A stretch of 28,974 nucleotides of DNA, from NCBI RefSeq assembly GCF_004010195.1, contig NC_057720.1:3639255-3668228 (forward strand). The letters are read 5' to 3'. The stretch is from Chiloscyllium plagiosum (Eukaryota). Made by a program: the position numbers and the translations under genes. A model generated the notes under the pieces. That model was not told the DNA's origin. It searched no databases and worked only from the letters and a program-made list of their open reading frames with translations. Below, in pieces: positions 22,630 to 28,974 of the stretch; the stretch's first letter is position 1; each line of letters begins with the position of its first letter.

Positions 22630-22755
22630 AAGTGAAGAAGAATCACAATAGACCCAAAACGTAATGTGTTTTCCATAGATGCTGCCAGACCTGAGTTTCT
22701 CGAGCATTTTCTGTGTTTGTTTCAGATTTCCAGCATCCACTGTATTCAGCTTTTA
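22630..22755 (+). mobile_element. Old relative of the family A Penelope terminus with an eroded hammerhead
   Basis: gTGAAGAAgaatc...gacccAAAACGTa then agatgctgccagacctg...ttccagcatc resembles family A. Confidence 0.5.
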
Positions 22756-22764
22756 TTGTTGTCG

Positions 22765-23690
22765 TCAACAATCACTCATGAGTATGATTGCCTACCTTGG
22801 ACATTCAATGTCACTGGTCATGCGTTCTGTGGGTCCTTATGTGGCTGATGAAACCAATCCTGGAACTGCATCTCCAATCACATGGTTGTCAAGTGTTTCG
22901 GGGATGTGGCGTTGGTCCTTGGCCTTGACATTGTTGACATTCCTTCCTCTTGCTGATGGGTATTCTCATAGGATTGTGTCCCTTCACACAGGGGCTTCCT
23001 CCAAGTTGGTTTCTTCTTCTTCATGACGGTTTCCCATGCATTAGCACCTGTGTTGTACTTTTTTGAGGGAAGTGTTCAGGGAGTGTTTGACACACTTCTT
23101 TGTGTTCCTCCTTCAATCAAATGCCTTCCTTGCACTGGGCGAATGTGAGTTGCTTTGGCAACTGGAACTCTGGCATCTTAAACATCTAGCTGGCCAGTCA
23201 GAGTTGGTTTTGGATGATCATGGCCTCAGTGCTGATGCTATTTAGCTCCTTCAAGGACTCTGATATTACCACATCTGTTGTACTAGCTGTTCCAATAATC
23301 TGTCTGTCTCTCAAAGGCCTTGAGGTGACATCTATAAGTAATCTTACTTCTGAAGCTGTACAGAAGAGTGAAAAGGATGACTGCCTTATAGACAGGGTCT
23401 TGGTGTCAGCATGGATGTCATGGTTGTCAAAGATACTTGTCATTTGGGTGTCCAAAGGCAGTGTTGACAGATTGTATATGACGTTGAATCTCCACATTGA
23501 TGTCAGTCTTAGATGAGAGGTAGCTATGCCGGTAGGCAAAATGTTGTGCATTTGTGAGGATTTCTCTGTTAATCTTAATGGGGGGGATGGGCCAGAACTT
23601 GTCCTGGGCCAGTTTAGTAACAGATTTGAGTCTCCTTGAGGTTGAGGCAGAAAACACTTCTTCAGCATGTTTCCTTACTGGCATTATGCA
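22765..23690 (-). mobile_element. RTE-clade LINE, 3' part
   Basis: Antisense LNLKETQI...PPIKINREILTNAQHFAY...LSSKTDINVEIQRHIQSVNTAFG, an RTE post-RT motif (F.YLGS...EI..RI..A..AFG.L). Confidence 0.75.
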
Positions 23691-23925
23691 AAGTTGAAAG
23701 CTACTCTTCTGAGACCTAACACTCTTGCTTCAAACCAGTGCAGAGTAAGATGGGACCCCTTAGAGAGACAGAAAACGTCGGCCTTCAATGCAATGCAGTT
23801 GTCAACAAGGACATGTTTGAGGATGTACCCCAACTCCCCATCGGCGATGATCTCAGACTCCCACCTAGTTTGGCAGACGTTGAAACCACTATTTGCTATA
23901 TGAAGAACGGAAAAGCTGCAGGAAT
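23691..23925 (+). mobile_element. RTE-clade pre-RT segment in the opposite orientation
   Basis: ...VPQLPIGDDLRLPPSLADVETTICYMKNGKAAG, the P..EV..AI..K.GKA.G motif that precedes LINE RT domains. Confidence 0.7.
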
Positions 23926-23999
23926 TTGCTTTTTTATGTCTGTACAACTAACTATTATCTTTAAACATTGGGCACAGGTGTTTGAGCTAACATTAAATT

Positions 24000-25790
24000 G
24001 TTATGACATAACACAGGAGCTTGCTCCCAGTTGAAAGATATGAGATCTTTATACAGCATGGGTAACATGCTATGATACAGTGCATGTCTCTTGAAAGTAT
24101 GCCATAACACACATTTAAACATTCCCCTTTTCAAAAGATGCTAAATTATTCCAGACACATATACTCGGTTGTACATAGGCATATGTTGTCTATGTGAATA
24201 GGTGAAAGTTTGCAAAACAAATTTCCTGCGTTAGTGTAATGCTTTTGAGGTCTGACATCTCGCCCTGATCTTATAATTGTATACCAGAGTGCAGAGATAC
24301 ATGTTGTACTTTGTTGTACTTTTTTGACACCTTGCTTATCATTCTGATGATTGCTGTCCCTCAACATCACTGCACAATTGTAATCATCAGTGTGTTATTT
24401 CTGCTCTGGTTGTGCATGATTGGTGTATCTTCCTTGGTCTGAGCTGACTTCTATTTCTTCACAATGTACCACCATGAGCGGCAATGAGTTTGTACAATCC
24501 GGGCTGGTTGCATATTCTTGGAACCTGTGCTTGTGTCCAAGTTATTGATATTCGCATTGCAAGCACGCAGTCTGCAATGCGTGTTCTTGGTATGTCAAGT
24601 GTGTTTTTCATTTGCCTCTGTCTTTGAAGAAGAATATCTTGTGTCTCAGAATAATGAGACATTTAGTTGCTGGACAAAATGCTCACTTGCCCTCCAAACA
24701 TGAGACATGGTAATCCCTTTTCCATTGATGTGCGAAGATGCAGCCGTCCAGTGCCAACATCTTGCTGTGTCACTCAACACTTAATGATCATTTGTTTTTT
24801 GTACATGTCATATGCCTGCTAAGCTGTTTCAGTGTGGATAGTGGGATGATGATGTGAAATGGCTCATAACCCACTTAGTACACGTCTTGAAATTGGTTTA
24901 CCAGTGAATTGTGGTCCGTTCACAATTTAATCTGTGACACCTTATAAACAAGGTAGCACTCATGTCAATGATAGTCATTCTTGTGCAGTTTAGTTGCTGA
25001 GCAATGAGAAATTTAGAGAAGTAATCTTCTCTGTGCACAGTGAATGCGCCTGTTACGACCGCTATCTGATTCCTGTACCAGCTGTCTTATTTGTTCAATA
25101 CCCGTGTGCCAGGTTTGAGCTGGACATAATATCTTGGTGCAATGCTTTTTTGTAACAGGACTTCATTATCTTTGAAAGTGACTCTGTTATACCAAGGAAA
25201 TTTCTGAATGGCCAAAATTAACAAAATCTTCTCAGGTACTTCTTTAATACTGTCAGGCCATCTGTAGGGAGTGCATTTTTGCTAATTTTGTAGAGGTTTA
25301 TCTTTGCACTTTCCAATTGTAACTAGCCACATTGTCTCTGGCCAATGTGTAACAGATCTGTCAAGTCATACAATCTTGAGAATGTCTTCAATTTTATGGT
25401 TTAGAGCATATGTACATATCAAAAGGGATATCTTTTGTCTTTGTGCGAGTTGGGCAATATCAGATGCAATCGTCCTGGTATCAGGTGTATATATCACTTC
25501 AAATTCATATTCTTGGAGATTGTTGACTGATTCTTGTGTGGTCTGTTTTACCATAGTGAGTGTGATTTGAATTGACTGTACCAAGATTTCTTCATACTGG
25601 TGCCATTGCTGAACTATTGGTAGTTTCATCTTCAAGCAGGTAGATTTTGGGAAGCTAAGATGCGGTTACAAATTGACACTGATACGTGATTCTATCAATG
25701 TATGAATCGGTGATCTGTTATATGCTGACAGTCTCTTGGAGCTTACAACATGGAGTGCCACTTGCTGAGGTTCATGTTTTTTCAGAATCC
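24000..25790 (-). mobile_element. Decayed Gypsy-type LTR retrotransposon (RNase H to integrase remnant)
   Basis: Antisense LQEYEFEVIYTP..TIASD (RNase H end), NGPQFT near 24904-24921 and SSHYPH*NSLA near 24820-24850 (integrase). Possible polypurine tract GAAAAGGGGAA followed by TG at 24132-24120. Confidence 0.65.
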
Positions 25791-25839
25791 ATAGTGATAG
25801 ATAAAGGTACCATAGCCTTATTTGCTTTCTGAGAGAGGT

Positions 25840-26145
25840 TAGATTAGCTTTCCTACAGTGTGGAAACAGGCTCTTTGGCCCAACAAGCCCACACCAACGA
25901 GTAACCCACCCAGTCCCATTTCCCTCTGACTAATGCACCTAACACTATGGGCAATTTACGATGGCCAATTCACTTGACCTGCACATCTTTGCGACTGTGG
26001 GAGGAAACCGGAGCACCCGGAGGAAACCCACGCAGACACGGGGAGAATGTGCAAACTCCACACAGACAGTCACCTGAGAGTGGAATCGAACCCGGGTCCC
26101 TGGGACTGCAAGGTAGCAGTGCTAACCACTGTGCCACCGTGCTGC
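25840..26145 (-). mobile_element. HE1-like SINE, near full length
   Basis: tRNA-like head at about 26080-26145, central ggagcacccggaggaaacccacgcagacacggggaga core, CR1-like tail. Confidence 0.9.
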
Positions 26146-26164
26146 TCAGATGTGCTGGATTACC

Positions 26165-26300
26165 TGAGGGTCACCACATTTGAGGTGAGGGGGGTAAGTT
26201 GAGAAGGAGAGCCCTTCATTATATACCTTAGCCGGTACAGAAAAGGAACCTGCTGGTATCACTGCATCGTAAACTAGCCATCCAGCCAACCAAGCTAACT
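26165..26300 (-). mobile_element. Second tRNA-derived SINE family, 5' fragment
   Basis: Reverse complement starts gttagcttggttggctggatggctagttt (A-box-like) with a degenerate B box. Confidence 0.5.
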
Positions 26301-26332
26301 ATTCCCCTGTATAGCAGTGATATGTTAATTTT

Positions 26333-26575
26333 GGGATAGCATGATGGCTCAGTGGTAAGCACTGCTGCCTCACAGCGCCAGGGATCAGAGTTCAATTCCA
26401 ACCTCAGGCAACTGTCTGTTGAGTTTGCATATTCTCCCTGTGTCTGCGTGCGTTTCCTCTGGGTGCTCCAGTTTCTTCCCACAATCTGAAGATGTGCAGG
26501 TTAAGTCAATTGGCCATGCTAAATTGCCCATTGTGTTCAGGGATGTGTAGGTTAGGTGCATTAGTCAGGGGTAAC
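26333..26575 (+). mobile_element. HE1-like SINE, 3'-truncated
   Basis: TGGCTCAGTGG A box, GTTCAATTCC B box, conserved core. Confidence 0.85.
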
Positions 26576-27110
26576 AGGGGTCTTCTCATGGGAGGACACT
26601 AATAACATGCCAGTAAGTGACAGAGACAAAGGTAGGTGAGGACCTGGAAACAATTATTATTATGGAAGATTTTCCAAAGTTTTCTGGACTCTGGGGCAGT
26701 CCCAGCAGATTGGAAAACAGCAAATGTGACGGCACTATTTAAAAGGGGAAGTAAGGAAAAGATGGGGAATTAAAGACCAGGGAGCTTAACTTCTGTAGTG
26801 GGGAAGATGCTTCAGTCTATTATCAAGGAAGAGGTAGCAGGGTATCTCAAAATAAATTGTCCCAATGTACTGACGCAGCATGGGTTCATGAAGGGCAGGT
26901 CATGCTTCACAAATCTTTTGGAATTCTGTGAAAACATTTCAAGCAAGGTGGACAATGGTGACCCAGTGTATGTAGTATACTTAGATTTCCAAAAGGCCTT
27001 TGACAAGGTGCCGCACAAGAGGCTGCTGCATAAGATAAGGATGCATGGTGTTAGGGGTCGAGTATTAGCGCTGATAGAGAATTGGTTGACTGACAGGAAG
27101 CGAAGCGTTT

Positions 27111-27414
27111 GGGCGGCACGGTGGCACAGTGGTTAGCACTGCTGCCTCACAGCACCAGAGACCCAGGTTCAATTCCCACCTCAGGGAACTGTCTGTGTGG
27201 AGTTTGCACATTCTCCCCGTGTCTGCGTGGGTTTCCTCCGGGTGCTCCCACTGTCTAAAAATGTGCAGGTTAGGCGAATTGGCCATGCTAAATTGCCTGT
27301 AGTGTTAGATGTAGGGGAATGGGTCTGGGTGGGTTGTTCTTCGGAGGGTCGGTGTGGACTAGTTGGGCCGAAGGGCCTGTTTCCACACTAAGTAATCTAA
27401 TCTAAGTAATCTAA
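27111..27414 (+). mobile_element. Full-length HE1-like SINE nested in CR1
   Basis: GGGCGGCACGGTGGCACAGTGG head; CR1-like tail ending in TAATC repeats. Confidence 0.92.
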
Positions 27415-27999
27415 TAACTGAGTGCTATTCTGGCTGGCAGTCAGTGACTAATTGTGTGCTTCAGCGATCGGTGTTGGGACCACAATTATGGATGATTTGG
27501 AGATCACATGTAAGGTGTCAAAATGTGCTGATGACACCAAGATGAGTGGCGGAGCAAAGTGTGCAGAGGATTGTGAAACTTTACAGAGGAACATAGATAC
27601 ATTGAGTGAGTGGGCAAAGATCTAGCAGATGGACTACAACGTTAGTAAATATGAAGTCATCCATTTTGGTCGGAGTAACAGTAAAAAGGATTATTACTTG
27701 AATGGTAAAAAGTTGCAGCATGCTGCTATGCAGAGGGACCTGGGTGTCCTTGTGCATGAATCACAGAAGGTTGGTCTACAGGTACAACAGGTCATTAGGA
27801 AGGCAAATGGAACTTTGTCCTTCATTGCTAAAGGGATTGAGTTTAAAAGCAGGGAGGTTATGTTGCAGCTGTACAAGGTGCTGGTGAGGCCACACCTGGA
27901 GTACTGTGTGCAGTTTTGGTCTCCTTACTTGAGAAAGGATGTACTGGCACTGGAGGGTTTACAGAGGAGGGTCACTGGGTTGATTCCAGAGTTAAGGAG

Positions 28000-28194
28000 A
28001 AAGTGAGGTCTGCAGATGCTGGAGATCAGAGATGGAAATGTGTTGCTGGAAAAGCGCAGCAGGTCAGGCAGCATCTAGGGAACAGGAGAATCGACGTTTC
28101 GGGCATTAGAAGAAGGGCTAATGCCCGAAACGTCGATTCTCCTGTTCCCTAGATGCTGCCTGACCTGCTGCGCTTTTCCAGCAACACATTTCCA
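28000..28194 (-). mobile_element. Fold-back Penelope-derived mini-element, family A, 15-bp TSD
   Basis: TSD TCCAGAGTTAAGGAG at 27985-27999 and 28195-28209; interrupts CR1 ORF2. Confidence 0.9.
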
Positions 28195-28196
28195 TC
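28031..28196. repeat. Perfect 79-bp inverted repeat with an 8-nt spacer
   Basis: 28031-28109 is the exact reverse complement of 28118-28196; spacer AAGAAGGG. Confidence 0.95.
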
Positions 28197-28659
28197 CAGA
28201 GTTAAGGAGGTTGGTTTATGAGGAGAGGCTGAGTAGATTAGGAATATATTCATTGGAATTCAGAAGAATGAGGGACATTTTATAGAAACATATAAAATTA
28301 TGAAGGGATTCGATAAAATAGAAATAAAGAGGATGTTTCCGTTGGTAGGTGAGACTAGGACAAGTGCACATGGCCTGAAGATTAGAGGGAACAGGTTTAG
28401 AACTGAACTGAGAAGGAATTTCTTCACCCAGAGGGTTGTGAATCTGTGGAATTCCTTGGCCAGGGAAGTAGTTGACGCTCCTTCAGTAATCACCTTTAAA
28501 GCTAAGGTAGATACTTCTTTGAAAAATAATGGAATTAAGGGATATGGTAAGTGGAATTGAGGCCACGAAAAGATCAGCCATGATTTTATTGAATAGCGGA
28601 GCAGGCTCGAGGGGCCAGACGGCCTACTCCTGCTCCTGGTTCTTTTGTTCTTATGTTCT

Positions 28660-28805
28660 ATTTGCTATCCTCCAGTCTCTGGCACTATTCCTGTAGACAA
28701 ATGCCAACATAAAGATCAAAGCCAAAAGCACTGCAATCTCCTCCCTGGCTTCCCAGAGATTATTAGGATAAATCGCATCCGGCCCAGGGTACTTATCTGT
28801 TTTCA
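28660..28805 (-). mobile_element. CR1 ORF2 internal fragment
   Basis: Antisense DKYPGPDAIYP..LWEAREEIA...DWRIAN. Confidence 0.75.
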
Positions 28806-28808
28806 CAC

Positions 28809-28974
28809 TATTAGCGCTGATAGAGAATTAGTTGACTGACAGGAAGTGAAGCGTTTTGGCGGCACGGTGGCACAGTGGTTAGCACTGCTGCCTCACAGCG
28901 CCAGAGACCCGGGTTCAATTCCCGCCTCAGGCATCTGACTGTGTGGAGTTTGCACATTCTCCCCGTGTCTGCGT
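28809..28974 (+). repeat. Second copy of the CR1/HE1-SINE junction at 27063-27228
   Basis: tattagcgctgatagagaatt.gttgactgacaggaag.gaagcgttt followed by the SINE head, offset 1746 bp, about 9 differences in 166 nt. Confidence 0.9.

Larger units (their letters stand above)
26590..28658 (+). mobile_element. CR1 LINE (RT to 3' end) carrying two nested insertions
   Basis: QHGFMKGRSCFTNLLEF...YLDFQKAFDKVPHKRL, KCADDTK, RPHLEYCVQFWSP, RRNFFTQRVVNLWNSL, then 3' UTR and a gttctt-type tail. Confidence 0.92.

Noticed and set aside
22630..22665. Possible additional active hammerhead
   Set aside because: Core and stem II are eroded (gTGAAGA, AAAA in place of GAAA); kept only as an old repeat remnant.
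26333..26405. tRNA-like sequences (also 1-69, 27111, 28857)
   Set aside because: They continue into SINE bodies and do not look like complete tRNA genes.

Overview
Vertebrate genomic DNA, most likely a cartilaginous fish (shark). That call is inferred from HE1-type and Deu-domain SINEs and dense CR1 LINEs. The only host coding sequence I can support is one 182-bp internal RhoGAP exon (21627-21808, +) that closely resembles SYDE2. The rest is intronic-type DNA packed with nested, decayed retroelements (CR1, Rex1/Babar, RTE, Gypsy remnant, a solo LTR, tRNA-derived SINEs, Penelope-like elements), plus a 966-N assembly gap. The most interesting signal is a set of short Penelope-derived elements from three sequence families that carry minimal hammerhead-ribozyme motifs (CUGANGA-N-stemII-GAAA-palindrome-UH). 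Several have clean 12-15 bp target-site duplications (TSDs). One copy starts exactly at the predicted self-cleavage site, and several fold back into long hairpins that turn at the ribozyme. All family names are from recall, not database searches, and boundaries of old repeats are approximate.
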